NCBI GenBank assembly: GCA_951406725.2
Contig: OX597832.1
Coordinates: 8,060,001 to 8,124,000, forward strand
Direction of reading: 5' to 3'
From: Octopus vulgaris
Lineage: Eukaryota
Length of the DNA: 64,000 nt
Shown here: positions 42,110 to 55,084 of the stretch, one piece after another
How the letters are laid out: every line of letters starts with the position of its first letter
Numbering within the stretch: position 1 is the stretch's first letter
Made by a program: the position numbers and the translations under genes
Notes under the pieces: model-generated
What the model was told of the DNA's origin: nothing
The model's input: only the letters and a program-made list of their open reading frames with translations
Databases searched by the model: none

Positions 42110-42272
42110 TTACTTTTTTTCGGCCATTTGACTGCTGTCATGCTGGAGCACCGCCTTTAGTCGAACAAATCGAAACCTGGACGCATTCCATCTGTTTTAC
42201 CGAACCGCTAATTTTCAGGAATCATACAAACATCGGCTGCCAAGCGATGGCGGGGAGACAAAGACAGACACA
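42110..42272 (-). mobile_element. SINE family A 3' part
   Basis: catttgactgctgtcatgctggagcaccgcctttagtcga is the reverse complement of the family A tail. Confidence 0.8.
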
Positions 42273-42340
42273 CACAAATATGCATACAGTAATACACACA
42301 TACATACATACATGCATACATACATACATACATACATACA

Positions 42341-42376
<36 letters not shown>

Positions 42377-42381
42377 TATAT

Positions 42382-42612
42382 TATATTAAATTAGAGACAA
42401 AACCACTATTATGCAAATCAAACAAAGAAAGACTTAATCAAATACATAAATTAATTTATATTATTTTGAAATTTAACAATATTTAACAATATTAATAATA
42501 TTAATAATTAATAATTGTTAAATTTCAAAATAATATAAATTAATTTATGTATTGGATTAAGTCTTTCTTTGTTTGATTTGCATAATAGTGGTTTTGTCTC
42601 TAATTTAATATA
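42382..42612. repeat. Long AT-rich palindrome (~99-bp arms)
   Basis: 42382-42480 is the reverse complement of 42514-42612 with one visible mismatch. The arm resembles 4905-4975. Confidence 0.92.
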
Positions 42613-42693
42613 ATATAATATTTTACTATAAATTGGATTCAATCCTAAATCTGATTTTTCCCTGTAAGTTTGGATTTATTCCCTAATATTTAT

Positions 42694-42731
<38 letters not shown>

Positions 42732-42744
42732 ATATATATATATT

Positions 42745-43597
42745 ATTAGTGAATTGAAGAAATGGAGTTGAACGAAGATTGAACAGAAATCGTTTTATTG
42801 CATTCTACACGTGTTTCGAAAGGCACAATTTACCAAATTCCGATTGAATAAGGAGACCATATTGTGTCTTTCTCTTCAGGAAGAAATAGGAAATCCGTTG
42901 GAAAAAACAAAAACAGAACAGAGGCGGAGCAAAACAAATCGAACGAGGCTCCTAAGAGCCCATGGCCAAACTGTTTATCAATGTATGTTGAAAACTAGTG
43001 GTGGGTGCGTTGAAGGTTTTATCGGGTCAGGCAGCGGTCATTCCGGTGGGTGGGAGCACGGGGTGCTTAGATGTTCTTTGTGACCGAGACTAAAGTTCTG
43101 ACTATTTAAAGAATATTAGGTGTATTATATGGGGCGAGACAAAATGTACTTAGAAACATGTGTGTGTACTGTTCTATGTGTTCGTATGTGCGTTTGATCA
43201 CGTGGCCGTCAGTTGGTAAACAGCCCTACACAATGGTCACTGCTGTAAAATCTGTCGGGTGTGCGTGTGTTCGTCTAAACCTGCCTTGTCAAAGAAACCC
43301 CCGTCGTCAAGACAAACCACCATTCGTCTCCCAGGAGTAATTCCCCTTGCAATGGTTAATCATATTTCTCTTAAAAGTTTTTCAGAATTTATTTCCAAGG
43401 GCTATTTTCATATAAGTAGTGTAACCGGGTGCAGGTATTATTTATAAGCGTTATTTATAAGCAAGATAAGTATAACGCCGCCAGTGGGGGCATCGAAAAG
43501 CCGACTGTAAAAGTCCGTTTACCATCCGGTCTCTGGCGAACAACATATGGAAGAGATCGGATACACAAAGGTTGCACTTCCTTCTGCCCCTGTCAAA
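42745..43597 (-). mobile_element. Penelope-like element 3' end, Naiad-like C-terminus plus 3' UTR with hammerhead
   Basis: FDRGRRKCNLCVSDLFHMLFARDRMVNGLLQSAFRCPHWRRYTYLAYK* (43597-43451; CxxC...CxH), then a non-coding region, a hammerhead at 42803-42882 and AATAAA at 42794-42799. Confidence 0.7.
42803..42882 (-). ncRNA. Type I hammerhead ribozyme motif with long stem II
   Basis: UUC-CUGAAGA-GAAAGACACAAU..AUUGUGCCUUUC-GAAAC-ACGU-GUA^GAA: intact core, 11/12-bp stem II, palindromic stem III ACACGUGU. Confidence 0.85.
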
Positions 43598-43627
43598 TAT
43601 ATATATATATAAATATCCATATATATA

Positions 43628-43828
43628 CAGGATGTCCCATTTGCACACCATCCTATTTTTTTTTAAAGAATACACCCTTATTAATTTCAAAAACACGTTA
43701 TTGAGATTAATCGTAACAAATGCTCAAATTGAGCAGCCTCTACGATAAAACATGCAGAAAAAATATAAAATAAGATGCTTAAATTACTTTTAATGAAAAC
43801 CAGAATGGTGCGCGACTTCTGGGACACC

Positions 43829-43831
<3 letters not shown>
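43628..43831. mobile_element. Tc1/mariner MITE (204 bp)
   Basis: TA|CAGGATGTCCCA ... TGGGACACCCTG|TA. Confidence 0.8.
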
Positions 43832-43904
<73 letters not shown>

Positions 43905-44984
43905 ATAAAAGGGTAAATAATTATTTCGATGGTTTTTCAGACAACCAGCAATTATTTACCGGTAGATTTCGGTATGTAAATATGACTTTTAGCGTCGGGA
44001 ACTTCTGTAGAGTTCAGTATATATAGTATATAAGTAAAAGGGTAGGCAACAGGTTGCTCTGCCGCATACCGAAAGAATTAGAAATGGCAGTCAGAGACTG
44101 CTTATTTCCATTTTCTACAAGTGGGAGCTCCATATACGACATAACCCTGCGATTCACATACGCAAAATCGGAGTTTATTTTCTACTCCGATTTTACTTAT
44201 ATGTATATATATATATATATATAGGCGCAGTGGGGAAGAACCTGGAACCATGTGGTTGAAAAGCAAATTTCTTGCCACACAGCCACGCTGTGCCTATATA
44301 TCTGTGTGTGTGTATGTGTGTGTGTGGGCGTGCGCGTATGAATATAAATGTATATATATATATATCTAAATATAATAGTATGAATGTATGTTCGTATAAA
44401 ATACGTTTAAGAGTTTTCGTACAAACGTGAATGTATTACATCAAATACACACACACACACATATACATGCGCGCACAAATATATATAATTTTATATGTAA
44501 ATCTATATGTCTGTGTGTGTTTCTGTGTGGTTGTGTGTGTGTTTGTGTGTGTGTGTGTGACTGTGCGTGCGTGCGTTTGTATGCATGCGTGTATGTATTT
44601 AATATGACCATCAAATCCATCCGATACACAAAGTTATCCGAGTACATATTCGTGATGGTCGATTGACAGTAGCTAAGTGGTGTCACGAAGGTAACCGAGT
44701 TGATACAGAGCATTTTAATATCAAAGTATGTAAAATAAATACCCATATAAACGTATACCTATACATGAACATATATATACGTACGCATGTGTGTGTGTGT
44801 GTATGTGTGTGTTTACGTATACGAATCTAGGTTCTCAAGAATATCTTTTTTTGTCATGCAACAACAGATCGCAATAGTTGCGTTGGTAAAATTCCAAGTT
44901 GTTGGCGATTGTACACTGTATTAATAGATAAAGTATGACAGTATACTTTGTTAGTATAGCTCACTTTCCAACATCATGTGTTCT

Positions 44985-45250
44985 AGTTTAGTCCCATTGC
45001 ACGGCATGTGGCACGTAAACGCACCCCATTATTACACAAATGGCAAACGTACCGGTGGTACGTAAAAGCTCCTATCACACTTTCAGAATGTTTGACGTTA
45101 ATAAGGGCATCCAGCCGTAGAAAACGATGCCAAATCAGACTGGAATTTGGTGCAGCCTTCCAGTGTGCCAGGCCAGACAATCCATCCAACCATTGCCAGT
45201 ATGGACAACGGACGTCATATGATGATGATGATGATGATGATGATAATGAT
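44985..45250 (+). mobile_element. SINE/LINE 3' tail ending in (GAT)n (RTE-like)
   Basis: ggcacgtaaa..aagggcatccagccgtagaaa..ccaaccattgccagtatggacaacggacgtcata(TGA)n; RTE-type assignment is recalled. Confidence 0.6.
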
Positions 45251-45504
45251 TATATATATACATATATATATATATATGTGTGTGTGTATGTGTGTATGTA
45301 TGTATATCATATGTCTTGTTTGCTTCGATTATTTCAATTGATGCTATGCCGGACAACGCCTTGGAGTGTTTTAGTGGAAGGAATTTGCCTCAGAACTGAT
45401 TTTGAAACATGATGCTTATTTTACCAGACCGTTAATTTAAGGGGTCCTAAACATACCAACATGTTTGTCTATAGCTGGAGTGGGTCAAACACATATACAA
45501 AGAT

Positions 45505-45540
<36 letters not shown>

Positions 45541-45786
45541 ACACACACACACATACACACACACAAACACACACACAGAGGCACATACACGACCGCCTTC
45601 TTTTAGCTCCCACTACCAAATCTACTCACAAAGATTTGGTAGGCCAGAGGCTATAGCAGAGAGCAATTGTCCACGTTACAAAGCAAGCATTTTGTATATA
45701 TGTATGTATGTATATATATATATATATTTAAAAAGTTGTGTAGAGGTAAGTATATATACTATATTATTAAAGCTGCAAAGACATCG

Positions 45787-45835
45787 CGAAAACTGTTACT
45801 CAAAGTTTCACTTCCCGTTCGTCGGACAGTTTTCG
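45787..45835 (-). ncRNA. Variant hammerhead ribozyme motif (CCGACGA core)
   Basis: Perfect 10-bp stem I CGAAAACUGU/ACAGUUUUCG enclosing CCGACGA-AC gggaa GU-GAAACU-uug-AGUA^. Confidence 0.7.
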
Positions 45836-46789
45836 TTGAGTATATATATACATTCACGCATTCCTGTACGTTTACGAGATTGTACCAAAAACTTTCCCAA
45901 CTTCCATACCACCTCGTATGTGTTTTTGTGTAAAGGATGTGACTTCTTGGCTCGACTATATAGCATTTTCCTGGCATTGTCTTATTATCTCCACTCAGAG
46001 ACCTTCAGATCTGTTGGAATTTGATTCATTTTCTGCTCACTTAGACCACTGTCCCTCTCAATATAAATTCGAACCCTCATCCTTTTGCTACCTTACCTCA
46101 TTTCTATCCCAATCACTAATCACACTATAAGTATCCTGCGAAAGAAGATGGAAGAATTTCTCCCTCCGATGATAATCCTCTTTCCCTGATGGCACGAACT
46201 ATATTCCATTCTATGGTGTGTTCACACCAAAGCAACATCTCTACTATAAAGAAATGCGTTTGTGTAATTTTCATGTCCATGATAGCCTCTTACTTTTTCT
46301 GTAACGGTCGTCTTTTCCCTATATATATATATATAAATAAATGAAGGATTAAACTAGTCTTCTCATGTTACTGAGACACTTGTTAACTTCGCCTATCACC
46401 GTAGTTAAAGTGTTAAAAATCTTCTTTACACTAGTACATTCCTCCACGGTGAAATATAAGTAGAAGTAAAGAGAATAATATTTTCTCATACTACTCAAAC
46501 AAACAACAGAAACTCGTCGCAAGGGGAGCGTACAGCTAGAGAGATTTTAAGAGGAAGAATTCCTATCCGACAAGTGTTTCGGCCCTTATGTTAGACACTG
46601 TACGGAAACCAGACCCAATCAGGTCTTGATACCTAGATTTCTTTCTTCTACTTTCCAACATTCTGTGTCCAGTGGTCGTTCATGTTTTGAACGTGTGTTC
46701 CCAGGTCTGGGTTGCAGCCCACTAGGTCACTCTAAATGACGAAGGAACTAGTTCTCTTCTTCCTTCTATTCCAGCAAATAACCAATGGA

Positions 46790-47120
46790 TTTCATAACTA
46801 GGTCCAATGGTCATTTCTCATCGCCCTTATACACACTGAGCTGTTTTCCTCAACGCCAGGTAAGCTTTTGATTGTGGCAGTTCTTCTGCAGCCTTTGATA
46901 CCCGACTGCTCGAGTAGACAGGTTTAAGCAGTTACAAACCCTTGTGATCCAATTTCAACTGGTTTCACAGTACAGTGGTAAACCTCACACCCTTGCTGCT
47001 TTGTTAGCTCACCATATATGCACATTTTAAAAATGTGCTGTTCGTCTATGCGGCTCTCGTATGGTCTGACAATTCGAGGAGATTCACTTTGGCACAGTGT
47101 TGAATCTATTTGTCTAGTAC
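46790..47120 (-). mobile_element. RLE-type non-LTR retrotransposon C-terminal fragment (HERO/NeSL/R2-group-like)
   Basis: AKVNLLELS / PYESRIDEQHIFKMCIYGELTKQQG..TVKPVEIGSQGFVTA*TCLLEQSGIKG matches the ELTVPWE..K..KY..PVEVG.RGF pattern. Confidence 0.75.
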
Positions 47121-48303
47121 TTCACGATTGTTTTTTATTTATTATTTTATGTTCAATATTCAAAATGGAAAATATCTGATCAATTTTACGTCTCACACAA
47201 AATGTAATTTGGTACATTTCTATGAAAAAAGGGATCTGCTGTATACAAGCTAAAACTTCTAGAAATAACAACCAAACTTTGTACAAACCACAGCTACTGT
47301 TTATAAACATTGCATAACGCAAAACAGAATACTTGAGTTGTAGACTGCAAAGAAATTTATGTCTGGAAGTATGAACTGAACTAGTACGAGTATTTATGGG
47401 AAAATATTTATGAAACTTGAACAATATAATAAACAAAAATACAAAACATGTGTGTTGATGACATGTTTTTATTCTGATAAGATGGCAAATAGTAAATATT
47501 TCATTTAAATAATCAAATTCTCCCCGACTCTCCCGGTCTTCTGTCTTTTTGTAACGATTAATCTTATTCATATACGCACACACACACACACACATGCATA
47601 CACACAGACACACATACACACATACTGTTATACATACACATACCTACATGTATGCAAACATACACATACAAACTAGAGAATATACACACATTCACACAGA
47701 CAAAGATGTATTTCTTTCCTTAGGCTTTAAACTTCAGTATCTCGTGACGTAGAGTGTCCCTTGGGCAACTTAACATCTGGCGAAGAACAAACACCTTCTG
47801 GTCACACGACAGCCAATTTCTTTCGGAAAGAGGGGGTCAATGACAGATAGACAAAAAAAAGGAAAAAAAAACAGCGAAAAGAGAGTACAGGTGCCTGAGG
47901 GACAGAGTGAGAGACAGAGAGTGAGTGAGAGAGTGATAGTGAGACAGAGAGTGAGAGGGAGAGAGAGAAAGATAGAAAATGAGCTCATTATGGTTGAACT
48001 AAATAAAATACTTTTCACTCTTTTATAATATTACGGTATTGACTTTTTTTCCAGTTGGTATTAATTACATATATGTGTGTGCATCACACACATACACACA
48101 CACAAGCACGCACACACTCAAGCACGCACACACACACACATACACACACATATATATATATATATCAATACGTTACACATTCATACATATAATATATAGA
48201 TTTATATTTATATACACACATACATATATGCATGTATTTGTGAGTATATATAAAAAATATATATATACATACATAAACATATTTGTATATATATATACAT
48301 ATA

Positions 48304-48374
<71 letters not shown>

Positions 48375-49331
48375 ATATATACATACATATATGTGTGTGC
48401 ATACATATAACATAAGGATATGCATATATAAACACTATACGTAGATATACGCCGCACACTTGCATACATGCGTGAGAGTTAAAAAGATGGAAATATATAT
48501 GGAGAGAGTGAGTAGAAGGTGAGAGTGTGAGGAAAAGTGGGGAAAACGACAGAGAGGGAGCGAGATTAAGAGCGACAGAGCTAGCTCATTGTTAGAAAGT
48601 GTAAACACGAAAGAGTCTTTGATCTCTCGAAACTTGAATTCATATTTATTCGTATACGTAAACCAAATAATAATAGTAACTTTCTGTTAAACTAAAAGTT
48701 TAATTAAATTTTATCACGCCTTGAATTAAAATGTGAAGTCGTTTCTCAGTTGTTCTCTTTCAGAATGTTAGGCTCAGAAAAATGTTTTCACAAATCTAAT
48801 TTTGATTCATAACTTTCGTATATTAGATCAAACACAATTCCGTCTAACTATTAACATCTTTTCTGTATAACTGAATCCTAGCTTTATTACCTGTAATATT
48901 CATTGTTTTGAAGTAGAATGATATATAAATATCCTCTTTATTTTGTGCACATATCCTTAGAAAACAACTAACATCGAAACGAAGTTGCACGATATACATA
49001 CATACATACATACATACATACGTACACCCACATATATATATATACATACATGCATACATACATATATATACACATGCATATATACATATACAACTCACAC
49101 ACATCTACACACAAACACACATACGCACATGCATTCACACATACACGCATATTTATATATGTTTATGTCTGGAGTATAAGCTAATACTGTACTATATAGC
49201 AATGAAATGTTATGTACTTGCCATACAATACGAAACTTTCCTGCCGGCTCAGCCTGCCCGTACAACAGCGATAAGAACATTGCACTATATCATACAACAA
49301 AGCAACAATAGTGATGAAAATATTAGTAAAC

Positions 49332-49374
<43 letters not shown>

Positions 49375-49376
49375 CT

Positions 49377-49790
49377 TGAAGAATATTTCCCACCTAAATG
49401 TGGCTAACCCTTAAGGGTTGATGTTTGTAGTCCCAGGAAGACATCTCCTCCAGCAGCTATCGACACACTATCTGTGCCCAATCAGTATTTGCAAAGGGAA
49501 GTCATCTTTCCAATCTCCAGCCTGACGTGATACACACGGACCCGAGTTTCTGATTATTGACCCATCATCAGCGTGTGACAACGACAGATTCGCGATGGGA
49601 AGTGGTTCTCAATGCAAATATATATATATATATATACATATGTATTCACTTTTCCAGTGACGAAAAATCACTGATCTTGAGATGGAGAAGATGACTTTCC
49701 TTTACAAATACTCATAGGGCAAAAAAATGTGTCAATTGCCAGCTAGAGGAGATATCTTCCTGGGGCTACAAGCTACAGTAGCATCAAACT
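49377..49790 (-). mobile_element. Hammerhead-containing repeat, copy 2, with ~100-bp inverted arms
   Basis: Homologous to 21697-22005. Hammerhead at 49533-49577 with a decayed stem II; 49418-49517 is inverted at 49679-49787. Confidence 0.78.
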
Positions 49791-50030
49791 GGAGTCGATG
49801 TGATCGACTTAATACGTTTGTCTGTCCTTGATTGTCTCTTCTATGTTTAGCCACTTGTGTACAATAAAGAAATAAGAATCATTTGCACGTCGAGCAAAAT
49901 ACTTAGAGGTATTTCGTCTGCCGCTGGGTTTTGAGTTCAAATTCCGCCGAGGTCAACTTCGCCTTTCATTCTTTCGGGGTCGATAAAGTAAGTACCAGTT
50001 GATGACTAGTGTCGATTGAGTTACTCACTC
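49790..50030 (+). mobile_element. SINE family C, tail followed by a second head/body
   Basis: ggagtcgatgtgatcgacttaat..taaagaaataag (tail), then aaatacttagaggtatttcgtctg..gagttcaaattccgccgagg..taagtaccagtt. Confidence 0.8.
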
Positions 50031-51559
50031 TCCGGAAATCGTTTGACTTGTAATAACATTTGAAAGCAATATTACTGACTTATTAAAAAATTATATAAGT
50101 AAGTTGATGATTTAAGTGATGCTTGTTCTTTGTCCACCTGTTTGCCACCATATTCTCTGATGTAATTGTTTTCCATTTTGTGTCATAACAATTCCAGCAA
50201 ATATCTGAGGTTATCTCAGCTCCTCGCTAGTTTATCACTTATGTTGTTGATGTTTGAATCGGTGCTACCGTTATTTTATCAGCTTTTGGTTTATTGTAGA
50301 ATTGCCTTTATTGTTTACATGCCAGTATTAACACTAAATAACAGACAGTAATGTTTCCATCGCGGAGTTGATGGAGTTCTTTTAGATAGCTTGGAAGATT
50401 AGCAGTTAACGAGTGTAGTCGTGGAAGTGTCTTTTTTTTTTCACACAACATAAAATATTTTTTTTTTTCCGTCTTCATACTGATTTATTTGAAACTTGTG
50501 ATATTTCGTATTTGAATTTCATTTGAAAGAATATTGATCGAAGACCGTGTAAAACATTATCACAGATAATGTTTTAATTTTGAAAAACTGGAAGTTCCAA
50601 TAAGCACACACACACACTGACAGAAGTTCTCTTCAGTTTTCATCACACTACTGTGGCCTTTTCAATGATATCAGAATCTCCGATTGATTTTCTTTGCATG
50701 TTATGTTGCCAAATATCATCTGCACTGATATATTTATTCATTTACTGTTAAGAGTAAAGAACTATTATATCGTCAAAGTGTTACACATCTTAACACAAAA
50801 GGAAAGCGAAAATCCCCAAATTACATTTTTGCCGAGAAAAGGAGCTGAAAGTTACAATGTTTATTCTATGCTTCTTTATCGTATTACAAGCTTTATATTT
50901 ACTCTATGTCATTGTCTCAAATGCTATCGTTTTCTTTTACCTTTACAGAAACCTTAGTTTATAATTCTATTAATTCTACTCTTCTATCAAATTGATGTTT
51001 TATGGATTCGTTTACATTTACGTTTTGTAATACATTTCCTAATAATATAGAAGAGAGCATCTATTATATTAAATCTCCGGTATTAATTGTGGATTCGTAC
51101 TACTTCACCAATCATCTAATATATACCGTCCAGTCACCATCACTTTAGAAATCTACGGAAGGTAGACAAAGGAACTTGTTAAATTCATTTACTGAAACGC
51201 CTCATTTGAACTGATGCAGTATACTATTAGGATATAAAAACAAATATGCACCTGCTCCTTAAGAACTACGATTCAAGAATCCTTTCATTGTGACCTCCCA
51301 GACATAATAGTTAACTGAAATTTCCTTCATCATACAATCATTCCAAATTAAAATATGCAATACGAAAAAAATGTCTTAAATGTCACAAAAAGTTGAAAGG
51401 CTTTGTGGAAATATAATAGCCTACATGAGAAACAAGAAAAATTACTTAACAAAACAAATTACTTAAATCTATCTCCCGTAATCACATGATCGAATTTACA
51501 CGAGTTTGCTTAGTCGACCACAAAATATCAGGTCCCCGTATAAACTTCGAGCGCTCAAT

Positions 51560-52360
51560 AATGTCTTATCTTGTATCCATACAGGGTTTCTTAATGACTG
51601 TTTTTATTGGCCAAGCCTACTATTTATCCTAAAAGCGTTTAAGTTTTTACTTATAAATTTGAATACCGATTCTATACAGATCAATTGCAAATTGTTGAAG
51701 ATTTTTCCTGCTATCACAATAAAAGTAACCCCACTAAGTTTTAATCAGTCCTCATTTACTTCTCTTGAGGTGAGGGATTATACAACCCTAATCAAATTTC
51801 TAAATTGGATCTTGATGGTATACTTGATGTTTTACAAAATAAAAGGAATATGTCATAGGATGCATCCAATGGTATGTTATCAAATCAATTTGCGGTCCTC
51901 ATTGGAGCTGTTTTCAAGACGACAGTGATTTTAACAACATTGAAATCACCTACTTCTGTTGGTCAATATTAAACATTTGACAGATTACTGAAGAAGTCCA
52001 GGAAATGTTTCTTCAGTTTATTTAATCATTCCTGCAGTTTAATGTCCTATAGTTTTGAGTTATTCGTAATTTTCCTGCCATTAAAATTCATTGGCAAATA
52101 TCCATCATATAGAAGAATGCTTGTTTGCTACTTCAAAGGCAATCAAATCCATTTTGCTTTCAATTTATTTCTGTGGTTGTAATTCGTATGCTTTAGATCA
52201 TGTTGGACCTTTTTGAATCTATAAGCGGGAAGTTTGCTTGATTTTAAATAGCCATTCCTCATCAATTGATTGGGTTTCTCAGTAATTGGTTTCAGACTCC
52301 CATGAGATTCAACATTTCCTTTTAACCCAGATGGATAAGCATTCGGCTGTAACGTTTTGA
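51560..52360 (-). mobile_element. RTE-clade LINE reverse transcriptase N-terminal remnant
   Basis: LNKLKKHFLDFF..GDFNVVKITVVLK..FDNIPL..LLFCK, then GCIIPHLK..GVTFIVIAGKIFNNLQLICIE..KNLNAFRINS, corresponding to CIIP.PKKG..NYRGITL..AAKIYN..NQNGFR. Confidence 0.7.
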
Positions 52361-53099
52361 TGAGAGGTGACAAAATTATTAATTATTACATGTTGGATTT
52401 GCAGAGTTGATTTTAATCCAAACTCACAATACTTCGAAAATGTGTTTGACCACAATGATACACAAATGTATGAAATTAAGAACAGAGAGTCGAAAAATAT
52501 AATTGAAATGTATAAACCTGAACACAGATCAGAAGAATTTGATAAATGACGTGCGTATATTACTATTAAGCACCACAAATATAATTTTCATTTCAAACCT
52601 TAGAAGGAGGTAGAAGAATCCATCTAAATCTAATATTGAATAAATCATAAAGAAATGTTTCTGTAAATATTATTAATATCATTCGGAAACAGAAATACAA
52701 TAATTTCAAAAGCCATTTGTTGCTTTAATAATAATGACAATACTATGTATTAGCAGCATGTGAATGTGTGCGCATGCTCATATATGTGTGTGCGTGCGTA
52801 TATGTGTATGCGCATGCCTGCATGTATGTCATTATTCAGATTTATTTAAAGATGTTACCAATAGAAAAAGAGCCGGTTTCTAACCCAGACACAAGGCTTT
52901 ACTGGAATTTCAATATCAACAGGGTATCTTTGTACGTATGTATGTTTGTATATATGAATGTATGTATGTATCATGTATGTGTGCATGTATGTATGTATTT
53001 GTTCAGTTTCTTTCATGATTTCTTTCCAATAGAGAAAAAGCTGGTTTCTAACACGAATTCCTTCATTGGAATTTCGACATCAGCAACAGGATATTTTTG

Positions 53100-53200
53100 T
53101 ATGTATGTTTGTATGTATGTATGTATGTATGTATGTATGTATGTATGTATGTATGTATGTATGTATGTATGTATGTATGTATGTATGTATATGTATATGT
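53100..53200. repeat. (TATG)n microsatellite
   Basis: Directly visible. Confidence 0.95.
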
Positions 53201-53269
53201 TCAACTTTGTAAGTTTTGCTTTATGTATGTCTTCTCATGCATATAGATAAACGTCTAAACATGTTCATA

Positions 53270-53649
53270 CACTACCGTCAGAAATTAATTAGCACCCTTG
53301 ATTTGCTCTTCACTCAAGGTATGTGCTGTCACCTAGTGGCCATATCTCGAACTATTGCTTTGTTGCGAGTTCACTGTTGCGCAGAACGATGACGTAACTT
53401 TGTTTGCAGAGCAGTTTGAGAGTCTACAGCCTTATGATGTTGACATAGCAGTGCAACAACAACTTGGAGTGCGGATGCAGACAAATCTTCCTTTGTTTAA
53501 TAGATATAGGTAGCGCCTCGCAAGGACCGAAATCACACCATACTAAGTTTTCTCATCGCGTAAGACGTTTTGAACAGCTCATAGGTTAATTGATTTAACC
53601 TATTTAATGTAGAAATTTGAGAAGTGCTAATTAATTTCTGACGCAAGTG
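53270..53649. mobile_element. Tc1-type MITE (380 bp)
   Basis: TA|CACTACCGTCAGAAATTAATTAGCAC and GTGCTAATTAATTTCTGACGCAAGTG|TA: 26-bp TIRs with a TA TSD. Confidence 0.9.
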
Positions 53650-54654
53650 TATATATACTTGAATGATAAAGTTCTGGAAACATTTACAGATTTTAAAATT
53701 TGAAGTGATGGCTTGAATCCGTAGTCTTCAAATCAGCTTTTTCCTTTCCGGTTTAGAGAAGCCTAATTTCTCAAGATTAGTATTTACGCAGTATGCTACA
53801 TATCACAATGCCCAACAATTACAGGTATAAACCTGTACTTGTAATCTGGATATGTATGTATGCATGTAACTATATATGTGTGTATGTGCGTGTCTTGCGC
53901 TTAGTATTATTCCTTAACTGTCTTGTGATGTTCTTACACGCATTGTGTTCCCAACGTTTCTCACTCAGTACAATTACCTACCTTTTCCGTTTGAATAATA
54001 GTTGTTTTCAAAATAATTCTTTATCATAAATCACTGTATGATGTTTTTTTTTGTTAATCATGTGTAGTTTTCAGATTACAGTTAAAAGAAATACCGAATT
54101 TTAAAAAATGCGTACTTTACCGATTCATTACTTTGCAAAAATTTTGCTGAGTGTGTGTAATCAAAGGCTCTAATAAATGTCTCTGGCGACATCTACTTCA
54201 AATTTCCTATAGTCTTCAATCTGCACTGTCTTACACACATATAAGTGCGTGTTTGTGTTTGTTAGCTACAACTTCTATACGAATCATTCTTATATACACA
54301 AAACATATCTTTTACCCTCACATAAAGAATAAAAACATTTTTCACCATCAGCTTACAAGAATACGTTATCTAGGCAGGGAACTTGGCTTTACATTTATAT
54401 AGAAAGCCTAAGTGCAATATTCACAACTTATATTGAGTATGCCAGTAAATCCTATTTAAAAAAAAATAATGTTCAGTTTTATGTAACGCCGTTAGATATA
54501 GCATAGAGACATAGACAAGAAGGTATGATTTCATTCTTCTTTGGCGTCTACAATGCTAAAATGATTATTTCGGAATAATAATATTATATTCAACATTTTC
54601 CTTTTTTATTTTCCTCTCTTTATCTATGTCTGCCTCTGTTTCTCTCTTCACTCT

Positions 54655-54685
<31 letters not shown>

Positions 54686-54788
54686 CGCACATACACACAC
54701 CCACACACATATATATATGCATATATATACACGCACATATACACACAGAAACACACATACACATATATATGTATATATATACACGCAT

Positions 54789-54825
<37 letters not shown>

Positions 54826-55007
54826 CATACATACTTACACGTGTGAATGTGTGTGTATGTTGTGTTCCTCTGTATGTGTGCGGGTGATTTAAATCTTAAT
54901 TCTGCTATATGTTGCCATAAGCACTTTTGTTCTATAGATACACAAACACCAATATTTAGAATATATCAATATATATACATACATACATATACACACACAC
55001 GCACACA

Positions 55008-55084
<77 letters not shown>

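Noticed and set aside
52367-52549. 60-aa ORF following a possible splice acceptor
   Set aside because: No recognisable domain; it abuts an RTE remnant and is unsupported.
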